Shown piece by piece: positions 16,631 through 25,631 of a DNA stretch of 32,000 nt. The number at the start of each line of letters is the position of its first letter. Position 1 is the first letter of the stretch. Made by a program: the position numbers and the translations under genes. The notes beneath the pieces are model-generated. The model was not told where the DNA came from, did no database searches, and was given only the letters and a program-made list of their open reading frames with translations. The DNA comes from Nostoc punctiforme PCC 73102 (GTDB lineage: Bacteria; Cyanobacteriota; Cyanobacteriia; Cyanobacteriales; Nostocaceae), in contig NC_010628.1 of NCBI RefSeq assembly GCF_000020025.1, forward strand, positions 2,700,001 to 2,732,000, written 5' to 3'.

Positions 16631-17729
16631 TCAATGGAGTTGCGGCAGAGTTGGATAGTCTGTGTAGCCATGTTCACTACCACCATAGAACGTCCTGATA
16701 TCACCTTTGCTCAGAGGGGCATTGAGTCGTAGCCGCTCGACTAAGTCAGGGTTAGAGATGAATGGTCGCCCGAAAACTATGGCATCAGCCCGCCTGCTTG
16801 TAATTGCTTCATCACCCTGTTGTCGATCAAAACCACCCACAGCCAGCAGTGTTCCTTGGTAAACGGTACGTAGGAGATCGATAGGGTTGAAGTTCGGTGC
16901 AGTTCCTCTGGCATAACCTTGGTTATACCCAACGTGCAAGTATGCCAAACCGAGTGGACTAAGTGCTTTTGCAACATAAGTGTAAGTTTCAGCAGGATTG
17001 TCATCGAATGTATCGTTGACTGTGAAGCCGGGGGCGATCTTGACTCCAATCTGCTCTGCTCCCCGAACCTTACAGAGAGCATTGACCACTTCGAGCGTAA
17101 AGCGAGTTCGATTTTCCAATGTGCCACCATAGGCATCGGTGCGTTGGTTGGAGCCACTGACTTGGAACTGGTTGGGTAGGTATCCAGTTGCTGCATGAAG
17201 TTCCACACCATCAAAACCTGCTTCAATAGAGAGTTCCGCAGCTCTGCGGAACTCCTCTACGATTTCGGGTATTTCGGACAACTCTAACGGACGGGGTATC
17301 TCGAAAGGGACTTTGCCATCCCAAACGTGAACTTCTTCGGACACCACCGGGACAGCCGAAGGGGCGATCGGTCGGGCATGGTTAGGTAATAGAGAGGAGT
17401 GTGACACCCGTCCAGCGTGCATCAGTTGCACAAATATCCGACCCCCAGCAGCATGAACTGCATCTGTTACTTTTCGCCAGCCTCCAACCTGCTCCTGGTT
17501 ATGCAGCCCAGGACAGGTTGTATAGCCCCGCCCCATTGGAGAAGGATGCGTTCCTTCGGTAATAATGAGTCCCGCCGAAGCTCTTTGGGTGTAGTATTCG
17601 ACCATTTATCGAGGTAGGTACACAGTCAGTAGTAGCTCGGAGACGGGACATGGGAGACATGATGATGCGGTTGGTCAGGTCAAGCGAACCTAGTCTAACT
17701 GGCGTGAACAGTCCTGATTTTTCTGGCAT
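16631..17729 (-). pseudogene. Old Yellow Enzyme family NADH:flavin oxidoreductase (NemA-like), interrupted by a 1-nt frameshift
   Basis: Two track ORFs in different frames together make one OYE. 17729-17499 gives LFTPVRLGSLDLTNRIIMSPMSRLRAT..VPTSI. 17605-16631 gives MVEYYTQRASAGLIITEGT...HAATGYLPNQF. The junction is at ATAAATG (minus strand, about 17603-17609), and deleting one A fuses the two frames. Confidence 0.75.
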
Positions 17730-17875
17730 TCGTATTTTCCTCTCAAAAACTACTTGCGGCCTATGGCAGACATCCGATCGCTGTTTTCAATGCTTATTAA
17801 CGCAGATAAACGCTACAATGATGCGGCAATTTAAGCAGATAATTATGGTCATGTTTGACAAAAAAATAAATCTAT

Positions 17876-19447
17876 ATGCATAGACGAGCGCACTTATATT
17901 TGTTTTTAGGAGTATTAACGAGTTCTAGCTGTTTTGTTTTCAGTGTAGCAGCCCAAGTCCCATCTAATTCGCAGCAGTCCTCGACTCGGAGTGAAGCTCA
18001 AGCTGCTAGTTGGTTTGAAGCTCATCGCGCGCAGCCAGCAGCTTTACGAGCATTTGTACAACGAATGCCGAAGGGAGGAGATATCCACAGTCATCTAAGC
18101 GGAGCTGTGTACGCAGAACACTATCTGGAGTGGGCTGCCACCGATGGGTATTGTGTGAATCCAAAGGTGGGGGCTTTAGTTGAACCTAAAGCTTGCGGTC
18201 AGGACAGTAGCTATTTTCCAGCTTCCGAATTGTTAAACCGAACATCTGTTTATGATTCCCTAATAAATCGTTGGTCTACTCGTAACCTCGAATTTGCTGG
18301 AAAATCAGGACACGACCAATTTTTTGAGGCTTTTAGTGGTTTTGGACCAATATCAGATTCTATGAGCCGTCGGGATGATATGGTCGCGGAAGTAGCAAAT
18401 CGGGCAGCTTCGCAGCATATTACCTATCTAGAGTTAATGCTTACCGTTCAGGGCAGTGAGGTTCGACAGCTAGGGCGTGAAGTTGGTTGGAATAAAGATT
18501 TTGCTCTGATGCACAGTCAATTGCTCAAAGGAGGATTAACCAAGCTAGTCATACTTGGCAGCCAGCAATTAGCACAGTTGGAGCGCGAAGTCTGGAAAAC
18601 ACTTGGTTGCGGAACTCTATCAGCACAGCCCGGATGTGCAGTAACGGTGCGCTATTTGCAGCAAACGACAAGAACAAAGTCGCCCGTTGAAGTGTTTGCT
18701 CAGTTAGCTTATGCCTTTGAATTAGCTTCATCGGAAAAGCGTGTGGTTGGCATCAATCTAGTCGCCCCGGAAGATAACCCGATTGCACTGCGCGACTATA
18801 CCCTGCAAATGCAAATGCTGCAATTTTTAAAACGCCAATTTCCCAATGTCAAGGTCGCGCTCCATTCTGGAGAGTTAACTCTGGGGTTGGTTCCGACAGA
18901 GGATTTACGTTTTCATATTCGGCAAGCTGTAGAAGTGGCCCAGGCATCTCGCATCGGACATGGCGTGGATATTCTTTTTGAGGAGCGTCCCTTCGAGTTG
19001 ATGGAGCAAATGCGGCGACTCGGCGTGTTGGTCGAAATCTGCCTGACCAGTAATGAGGTCATTTTGAATGTCCAGGGAGATCAGCATCCTTTTAGGGAGT
19101 ACTGGAAGGCTGGAGTACCAATGACCCTTGCTTCCGATGATGAAGGCATTTCCCGCATTGATTTGAGTCATGAGTATCTGTTAGCGGCAACGAGATATGG
19201 GCTGGGATATAAAGACCTCAAGCGACTGGCTCGCAATAGCTTAGAATATAGTTTCGCTCCGGGAAATAGTCTCTGGAAGTCGCCTGAGTTTAAGGAAATG
19301 GTTCCAACTTGTGCAAGCGATACCCCTGGTGAAACCTCTGTTTCTCAAGGGTGCAGTGCTTTTTTGCACAAGAACGAGCACGCGCGGATTCAATGGCAGC
19401 TAGAGTCAGAATTTGCTCGGTTTGAGTCATTGCGGAACTTGCTTTGA
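17876..19447 (+). CDS. Secreted adenosine/AMP deaminase-family metallohydrolase
   Basis: An N-terminal signal peptide is present (MHRRAHLYLFLGVLTSSSCFVFSVAAQ). ADA-type metal and catalytic motifs are GGDIHSHLSG (HxH), ALHSGE (HxGE) and TLASDDEGI (xDD). Confidence 0.6.
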   Translation: MHRRAHLYLFLGVLTSSSCFVFSVAAQVPSNSQQSSTRSEAQAASWFEAHRAQPAALRAFVQRMPKGGDIHSHLSGAVYAEHYLEWAATDGYCVNPKVGALVEPKACGQDSSYFPASELLNRTSVYDSLINRWSTRNLEFAGKSGHDQFFEAFSGFGPISDSMSRRDDMVAEVANRAASQHITYLELMLTVQGSEVRQLGREVGWNKDFALMHSQLLKGGLTKLVILGSQQLAQLEREVWKTLGCGTLSAQPGCAVTVRYLQQTTRTKSPVEVFAQLAYAFELASSEKRVVGINLVAPEDNPIALRDYTLQMQMLQFLKRQFPNVKVALHSGELTLGLVPTEDLRFHIRQAVEVAQASRIGHGVDILFEERPFELMEQMRRLGVLVEICLTSNEVILNVQGDQHPFREYWKAGVPMTLASDDEGISRIDLSHEYLLAATRYGLGYKDLKRLARNSLEYSFAPGNSLWKSPEFKEMVPTCASDTPGETSVSQGCSAFLHKNEHARIQWQLESEFARFESLRNLL

Positions 19448-19570
19448 TTGACTTTCACCAAAAATGTAGAGGAACGATTTACTTAGACAATGAAATCTCG
19501 GCACAAGGTTCAACACCAACACATCATTCATCGCTCCAATAGCCTACATCGGCAGGGCTTTCGGCAATAA

Positions 19571-19596
19571 GAGAAAGTAGCGATCGCTACTTTCTC
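19571..19596. repeat. Perfect 26-bp palindrome centred on a HIP1 site
   Basis: GAGAAAGTAGCGATCGCTACTTTCTC equals its own reverse complement. Confidence 0.9.
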
Positions 19597-19680
19597 CATT
19601 CCCAGATTTCCTTACTCAGCACCCCATCACCAGCAACCATATTCTGGGGAGCAACGCGATTTTCTGAAGTCGGATAAAAA

Positions 19681-19713
19681 ACGAGCGATGCCTTCGGCGG
19701 GCTACGCCTACGC
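19681..19713. repeat. Small GC-rich dispersed-repeat-like element
   Basis: ACGAGCGATGCCTTCGGCGGGCTACGCCTACGC is flanked by A-runs. It shares ACGAGCG and GCTACGC..ACGC motifs with the in-frame inserts at 767-796 and 451-465. Confidence 0.35.
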
Positions 19714-19799
19714 TAAAAAGTAACTTCAGTATATTTGTCAAATAGATACTTTTTAGATAGCTTTAGAGCTGATTCGTAAAGAAAATCTCAAGAGAACTA

Positions 19800-20140
19800 A
19801 AAGTGCATCTTTAAAAACTTCCACAACAATTTAATTCCCCAACGGAACCGATAAATATTTTTAGTTTCATCATCACTAACTGCTGCGTCTCCTGACGCAG
19901 GTAAATTAGTCACATTGGCGTTACTCAGTTTTTGCTTCTAAATCGCAAAAACTAATAACTCTATAGGCTTGAGCATTATCAGATGCACCAACTTTGATTA
20001 ATCCAGTTGCATCCTCAAATTCTAGTAACGAAATTGTTTTTAATCTGCAAGACAAAGTATATATTTTCTTGTACTAATTCTTTGATAAATTTTAATCCGG
20101 CAAAGCCTCTATCCATGACACCAACAGCTTCAAAATTAAA
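19800..20140 (-). mobile_element. Decayed IS4-family (DDE) transposase remnant
   Basis: Minus-strand translation gives three fragments in different frames, separated by stops: FNFEAVGVMDRGFAGLKFIKELVQENIYFVLQIKNNFVTRI*, FEDATGLIKVGASDNAQAYRVISFCDLEAKTE*, and ANVTNLP...ETKNIYRFRWGIKLLWKFLKMH. The DRGF block and a Y-x2-R-x3-E-x6-K-type signature (YRFRWGIKLLWKFLK, with the E replaced by K) are IS4 hallmarks. Confidence 0.6.
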
Positions 20141-20474
20141 TATTTTTTAATACGGTCGAATTAATAGCTTTATCAAAAATGCCAAGCAAAATTTATTTAC
20201 TACTTTTATAAATAGATTACATAGCTAATTAACATAATATAAATAAAAAATGAAATTAAAATGAAATACCAACCTGTCTTTAGGCAGAAATAAATATTAA
20301 TCCATTAGAGAGAAGCAATATTGTAATTAAAGCTTTAGTCTAAGCATAAGAATCTGCCTTTAGAGCTATTTAAATTTTGATAAAACTTATAAAGTAACTT
20401 AAAATCTTGCCAAATTACTTTGTGGCATCAAAAAAAATCAACCGTAATTAATATGAAATTACTAATTATCAATT

Positions 20475-22046
20475 ATGACTAGCATCGAACATTACGATAT
20501 CATTATTATCGGTACAGGAGCCGGTGGAGGTACATTAGCCCACCGCCTTGCACCCACAGGTAAAAAAATTCTAGTACTGGAAAGAGGCGACTTTTTACCG
20601 AGAGAGAAAGCTAACTGGAATCCAGAGGAAGTCTATCAAAAACATCGTTACCATACTGATGAGCAATGGTATAACAAGGAAGGTAAAGCCTTTCAACCTC
20701 AGACAGGTTACTGGGTTGGTGGCAATACCAAACTCTATGGTGCAGCCCTAATTAGATTCCGAGAGCGAGATTTTGAAAGAGTAATTCATAAAGAAGGAAT
20801 TTCTCCAGAATGGCCTTTGAAGTATCAAGACTTTGAGCCATACTACACCCAAGCAGAAAAGCTATATGACGTGCATGGACAGGAAGGAGAAGACCCCACC
20901 GAACCGCCTCGCAGCGAATCATATCCTTATCCGCCAGTGAGCCATGAGCCAGATATGCAGTCCCTTGCTGATGACATCCGGGAACTGGGTTACTATCCAT
21001 TTCATTTACCACTAGGATTAAAGCTGAATGAAAGCGATCGCACCAAGAGTCCCTGCATTCGCTGCGATACCTTTGACGGATACCCCTGTCTCGTACATGC
21101 AAAAGCCGATGCCGATGTTAATGCTATTCGTCCGGCTCGTGAAAAATATGCCAATGTTACTCTTTTAACTAATACTAAAGTCTTGCGGCTGCATACTAGT
21201 GAGTCGGGACGAGAAGTGACGAAGATAGAAACTGAAATTGCAGGAGAGCAACATTGGTTCACAAGCGATATTGTGGTTGTTGCCTGTGGTTCTGTCAACT
21301 CAGCTGCTTTGCTGTTACGCTCTGCTAATGACAAACATCCCAACGGATTAGCAAATAGTTCCGATCAAGTGGGGCGGAATTTCATGAAACAACTGGAAAC
21401 CGCCATAGTTTCCATACATCTAGAGGTGAATCACGCCAACTTTCAAAAAACGATCGCTGTCAACGATTTTTACTGGGGAGAGCCGGATTTTCCTTATCCG
21501 ATGGGCATGGTGCAGAATACAGGTAATGTCCTAGCTGATATGATTCCCGGAGAAGCGCCGCCACTAATGGCTCCATTTATCAAGCTGATTCCTCATTTTG
21601 AGCGCCATTTGCTGGCCGAGCGATCGGTGGGCTGGTGGTTGCAAACAGAGGATTTACCAGACCCAAATAATCGGATTCGGGTGGTGGGCGACAAGATTCA
21701 TGTTGACTATACACTGAACAATATCGAAGCAAGCGATCGCTTAATTCACCGATGGACATCTGTACTCAAGTCAATCCCTCACTCTGCTAAAAGCGTCTTG
21801 CCATTTAGCATTTATCCCCGCACTCATATACCAGAACAAGCAGTTGCTCATCAATGCGGTAGTTGTCGATTTGGCACAGATCCCAAAACCTCAGTCCTGG
21901 ATCTCAATTGCCGTACCCATGATGTTGAGAATCTTTATATTGTAGATAGTAGTTTCTTTCCGTCAAATTCGGGAGTTAACCCCACACTCACGATTATGGC
22001 GAATGCATTGCGTGTTGGCGATCTGCTTGCAGCATCGCTTCTCTAA
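20475..22046 (+). CDS. GMC-family FAD-dependent oxidoreductase
   Basis: The N-terminal FAD motif is YDIIIIGTGAGGGTLA. The C-terminal GMC block is HQCGSCRFGTDPKTSVLDLNCRTHDVENLYIVDSSFFPSNSGVNPTLTIMANALR. Confidence 0.8.
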   Translation: MTSIEHYDIIIIGTGAGGGTLAHRLAPTGKKILVLERGDFLPREKANWNPEEVYQKHRYHTDEQWYNKEGKAFQPQTGYWVGGNTKLYGAALIRFRERDFERVIHKEGISPEWPLKYQDFEPYYTQAEKLYDVHGQEGEDPTEPPRSESYPYPPVSHEPDMQSLADDIRELGYYPFHLPLGLKLNESDRTKSPCIRCDTFDGYPCLVHAKADADVNAIRPAREKYANVTLLTNTKVLRLHTSESGREVTKIETEIAGEQHWFTSDIVVVACGSVNSAALLLRSANDKHPNGLANSSDQVGRNFMKQLETAIVSIHLEVNHANFQKTIAVNDFYWGEPDFPYPMGMVQNTGNVLADMIPGEAPPLMAPFIKLIPHFERHLLAERSVGWWLQTEDLPDPNNRIRVVGDKIHVDYTLNNIEASDRLIHRWTSVLKSIPHSAKSVLPFSIYPRTHIPEQAVAHQCGSCRFGTDPKTSVLDLNCRTHDVENLYIVDSSFFPSNSGVNPTLTIMANALRVGDLLAASLL

Positions 22047-22076
22047 CGCATAGCTGAATAATTGAAGTAAAAAGCT

Positions 22077-22577
22077 ATGAAAAAAGAGGCATCACAAGAT
22101 TCATTAATTAATTTAATATTGCCCCTAGCCCTCATACTAGGGCTAGTTCTGCTTTTGAGTTTGAATGTGGAAGCCGGAGGGCAAAGCAGGGAAACTACTC
22201 CTCTAGAGACATGGCTCAAAGTCATTGTTGGTTATTTGGCAGCAGGGACAGAAATTGCCGCAGCAGTTGTGATTGGCGGAGCAGTGATCCGAGGTATTTC
22301 TACTTATTTGCGCTTGTTGTTCTCTCGCTCCAAACAACATTTTGATGCCACAGAAGCAATTCGTCTACAATTGGGTCGAGTGCTGGCATTGGGGTTGGAA
22401 TTTACTGTCGCCAGCGATATTTTGCGGACAGCAGTAGCACCCACCCGCCAGGATATTTTGAATTTAGGAGCGATCGTTTTGCTGCGAACCTTGCTGAATT
22501 ATTTCTTAGAGCGAGAGATTCAGCAAGGAGAACAACGCCGTTCATCGGAGCCGGAACTCGATAGGAGTATACGATGA
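22077..22577 (+). CDS. DUF1622-like small membrane protein
   Basis: The protein is 166 aa with several TM segments and the LGRVLALGLEFTVASDILRTA block that I associate with DUF1622. Its stop overlaps the next start (ATGA at 22574-22577). Confidence 0.5.
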   Translation: MKKEASQDSLINLILPLALILGLVLLLSLNVEAGGQSRETTPLETWLKVIVGYLAAGTEIAAAVVIGGAVIRGISTYLRLLFSRSKQHFDATEAIRLQLGRVLALGLEFTVASDILRTAVAPTRQDILNLGAIVLLRTLLNYFLEREIQQGEQRRSSEPELDRSIR

Positions 22578-23092
22578 AATCCCATCGTTCCAGCTTAAAA
22601 CCTTTAGAAGGTGCAAATCGCTCGCTCCGCCGCCGTCTCGATTGGAAAGGTGAGTTGGCATTAGCCACTGCATCGACATTAGTTATATTGTCTGTGTTTG
22701 CACTAGTGGAGGTACTAACCCGCCAGCGTTTATTGTTTGCGTCCCTAGCTTCTAGTGCCTTTCTCATTTATCTCGATCCCCAGCACGGTACAAATACGGT
22801 GCGAACTCTAGCCATTTCCCAAATGATGGCAGCTGGAATCGGTTTTATAACTTATATGCTGTTAGGTTCGGGTTATGTATCTGGGGGAACTGCAATGATC
22901 GTCACCATCGTACTGATGATCCTGTTAGATGTGATGCATCCTCCAGCCGTTTCTACATCCTTAAGCTTTGCTTTAAAAGCTGGCAATGAAAACAAATTAG
23001 TTGTGTTTGGTCTAGCTGTGGGCATCACTGCCCTGTTGGTTGGACTAGAACGCTTTGCTCTGTGGTTTCTGGTACACCTGAGCCAGAAGTAG
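22574..23092 (+). CDS. HPP-family membrane protein (copy 1)
   Basis: The protein is 172 aa with four TM segments and the eponymous motif DVMHPPAVSTSL. It is a paralogue of 26692-27210. Confidence 0.8.
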   Translation: MKSHRSSLKPLEGANRSLRRRLDWKGELALATASTLVILSVFALVEVLTRQRLLFASLASSAFLIYLDPQHGTNTVRTLAISQMMAAGIGFITYMLLGSGYVSGGTAMIVTIVLMILLDVMHPPAVSTSLSFALKAGNENKLVVFGLAVGITALLVGLERFALWFLVHLSQK

Positions 23093-23128
23093 TTTCATGT
23101 TAATTATAATTTCAAGGAGAAACAGATT

Positions 23129-23485
23129 ATGAACGAAGAACACTCTACTTCTAACCAAGAAAATGAAAATCAAACGCCCCCAAATACTCATCCTATTGCA
23201 ACAGGATTGGGAGCAGCCGGAGGCGGAATTGCCGGAGCCGCACTAGGCCGCTCAATTGGTGGTAAGTTTGGTGCTGCAATTGGTGGTGTTGCAGGTGCGA
23301 TCGCACTTGGAGTTGCAGCCAATGAACTGGCAGGATACACCGAGCAATTCATTGAAGAACTCCAGCCGACAGTAGGCTTAGGATTAGGAGCAGATCACAA
23401 ACCAATTGAACTACCCTCTCACTATTCTTGGGAAGAATTACAAGCACTATCAAAACCCCAAGGTGAAAAAATGCAAGCCACCTAA
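23129..23485 (+). CDS. Glycine-zipper (YMGG-like) small protein
   Basis: An AAGGAG RBS lies 10 nt upstream. The segment GLGAAGGGIAGAALGRSIGGKFGAAIGGVAGAIALG is a Gly-zipper. Confidence 0.6.
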   Translation: MNEEHSTSNQENENQTPPNTHPIATGLGAAGGGIAGAALGRSIGGKFGAAIGGVAGAIALGVAANELAGYTEQFIEELQPTVGLGLGADHKPIELPSHYSWEELQALSKPQGEKMQAT

Positions 23486-23497
23486 GCCAATAATTTT

Positions 23498-23523
23498 AAT
23501 TACGAATTACGAATTACGAATTA
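23498..23523. repeat. Heptameric STRR-like tandem repeat (AATTACG x3.7)
   Basis: AATTACG AATTACG AATTACG AATTA lies immediately upstream of the ZIP gene start. Confidence 0.9.
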
Positions 23524-23526
23524 ATC

Positions 23527-24282
23527 ATGTTTCCACTTTGGTTAAAAGCAGGTTTTTGGGGTTTGGTGGGTGGTTCAGCGCTGCTACTGGGTTCCGCAGT
23601 AGGTTACTACGCCAAGATTCCTCAACGGGTTATTGCTGCAATTATGGCTTTTGGTGCTGGTGTGCTAATTTCGGCACTAGCGTTTGAACTAATGGATGAA
23701 GCTTATAAGCGTGGTGGCTTTGACTCAACAGCGATCGGATTTGTAAGTGGTGCAGTTGTATATACAGCAGCAAACTGGTTTCTGTCCTATCAAGGTGCAA
23801 AGCACCGCAAACGTTCAGGTGAACAGCAACCATCGGAAGAGGAAAATAGTGGGAGTGGGATGGCGATCGCAGTTGGTGCATTACTCGATGGTATTCCCGA
23901 ATCTATTGTGATTGGTGTGAGCATGATTGACGGTGGAGTTGTTAGTTGGGTAACTGTAGCGGCTGTTTTTCTCTCTAACGTTCCCGAAGGACTTTCTAGT
24001 GCTGCTGGGATGAAAAAAGCAGGGCGTTCAACAGCTTACATCTTCGGTGTGTGGGGAGGAATTGCCATCATTTCTGGTATAGCAGCACTTTTAGGCTATG
24101 CTTTGTTCAGTCATTTTTCACAAGAAATCATTGCCGCCACTACTGCGATCGCCGCAGGTGCTATTTTGGCAATGATTACAGACACAATGATTCCAGAAGC
24201 TTTCGAGCAAGCCCATAATTTTGCTGGACTAATCGTCGTCTTTGGATTTCTTGCTGCTTTTGTCTTGAGTAAACTCGCTTGA
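23527..24282 (+). CDS. ZIP-family divalent metal (zinc) transporter, ZupT-like
   Basis: The protein is 251 aa and multi-TM. A cytoplasmic loop sits between halves. Conserved blocks are GALLDGIPESIVIG and FLSNVPEGLS. Confidence 0.75.
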   Translation: MFPLWLKAGFWGLVGGSALLLGSAVGYYAKIPQRVIAAIMAFGAGVLISALAFELMDEAYKRGGFDSTAIGFVSGAVVYTAANWFLSYQGAKHRKRSGEQQPSEEENSGSGMAIAVGALLDGIPESIVIGVSMIDGGVVSWVTVAAVFLSNVPEGLSSAAGMKKAGRSTAYIFGVWGGIAIISGIAALLGYALFSHFSQEIIAATTAIAAGAILAMITDTMIPEAFEQAHNFAGLIVVFGFLAAFVLSKLA

Positions 24283-24334
24283 AATTCCAACTTCAACCGT
24301 CTCTTGTAAATTGTCTGTACAATCGCGCAATTAA

Positions 24335-25391
24335 GCTATTAAAAAATCAATCACAGAGGCGGCGAATCCAGTTAATTACTATATACGCTTATTGGATCGC
24401 TCAGGAAAACTTTTTGCTAGTGGAGGCATGGAATTTGACAATTTACCGATTACCTCAAAATTACAGTATTGGCAAATCTTAACAGATTCTTCTGGCGCTC
24501 GATACCGCGAAATCATTTTGCCTTTGTATACTCAAAAACAAGTTTCGGGTTATCTACAAGTGGCGCGTAGTATCACTGATTTAGACCAACATCTGGCTTA
24601 TTTAAGATTAGCTTTGGTGTTGGGATTACCAATTTCGATGATTTTCGTTGGTTTGTCTAGTTGGTGGTTAGCAGGAAGGGCAATGCAACCTGTATATCTT
24701 TCCTACTAACAAATACAACAATTTACTGCTGATGCTGCCCATAAGTTTCGCACACCTTTAGCAGCAATGTACTCTACTATTGAAGCTGCTATCAAGTTAC
24801 AGCAAGAACCAAAATCCAATGGTGGAATTTTAGATGTACTCAAACGCCAAAATCGGCGACTATCACAATTAGTAGGAGATTTGCTGTTATTAACGAGGAT
24901 AGATCAAAAACAACTAACAGGAGAATATCAGTCTTGCTGTTTGAATGATTTAATTAGCGACTTAATTGAGGAATTAGCATTTTTGGCTGTAGAAACTAAA
25001 GTAAATCTCTCTAAACAGGTGCAAGTCTCAGAAAAACTGTATGTGATGGGAAATGAAGAACAGCTTTATCGCTTAATTTCCAACTTAATTGCCAATGCAA
25101 TTCAAGCTACATCTAGCGGTGGAAAAGTCACGGTTTTTTTTAGAAAAGAGTGAGCTTTACGCCATGATTAAAGTTGAAGATATAGGAATTGGTATTGCTG
25201 TTGAACATCAACAGCGAATTTTTGATCGCTTCTACCGAGTAGATCGCGACCGCTTTCGTACCTCTGGCGGTTCGGGTTTAGGATTAGCCATCGCAATCGC
25301 GATCGCCAGAGCGCATAAAGGCAATATTCACGTTCAAAGTCAACCTGGGCTTGGTAGTACATTTACAGTTCAACTTCCTTTTTCATCGTGA
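24335..25391 (+). pseudogene. Two-component sensor histidine kinase, decayed (N-terminally truncated, in-frame TAA, homopolymer frameshift)
   Basis: The 24392 and 24767 track ORFs share one frame and are separated by a TAA at 24707-24709 (..PVYLSY*QIQQFTADAAHKFRTPLAAM..). The H-box is degenerate (HKFRTPL). The ATPase part (N-box NLIANAIQAT, G-boxes DIGIGI and GGSGLGLAIA) continues in the +1 frame after a T8 run at 25134-25141. No N-terminal TM or sensor start lies between the ZIP stop (24282) and 24335. Confidence 0.75.
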
Positions 25392-25631
25392 TTTCTGGAA
25401 AAAATGTTGCTATCTAGTGCATTATTTATCTTGATAACGATATTCTATGCTAGGTAAGTTGGTGGGAATAAACCAAATTATATTACGAAACATAAATATG
25501 CTTAAAACTCTTACCAAGGACAAAGGACTAATGACTAATGACAGTCACCGCCAGTTAGCTTTAATTACACCGACTTACTTAAAGCTTTTGTTTAAAATCC
25601 AGAATCTAAAATCATTTGATTTGGAGGAGTT

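Noticed and set aside
19490-19700. Small basic plus-strand ORF (MKSRHKVQHQHIIHRSNSLHRQGFRQ) and a minus-strand fragment ending ..ENRVAPQNMVAGDGVLSKEIWEWRK*
   Set aside because: Neither has an RBS or recognisable domains. They lie in a region of repeats and IS decay, so they are probably noise or an unidentifiable gene remnant.
23406-23687. 93-aa ORF spanning the end of the Gly-zipper gene, the heptamer repeat and the start of the ZIP gene
   Set aside because: It overlaps two well-supported genes out of frame and translates a tandem repeat (NYELRINH). I treat it as an artefact.
24279-24482. 67-aa ORF considered as the missing N-terminus of the histidine kinase
   Set aside because: It has no TM helix and no kinase-sensor-like sequence. 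It is in a different frame and overlaps the recognisable kinase frame, so the N-terminus appears genuinely lost.
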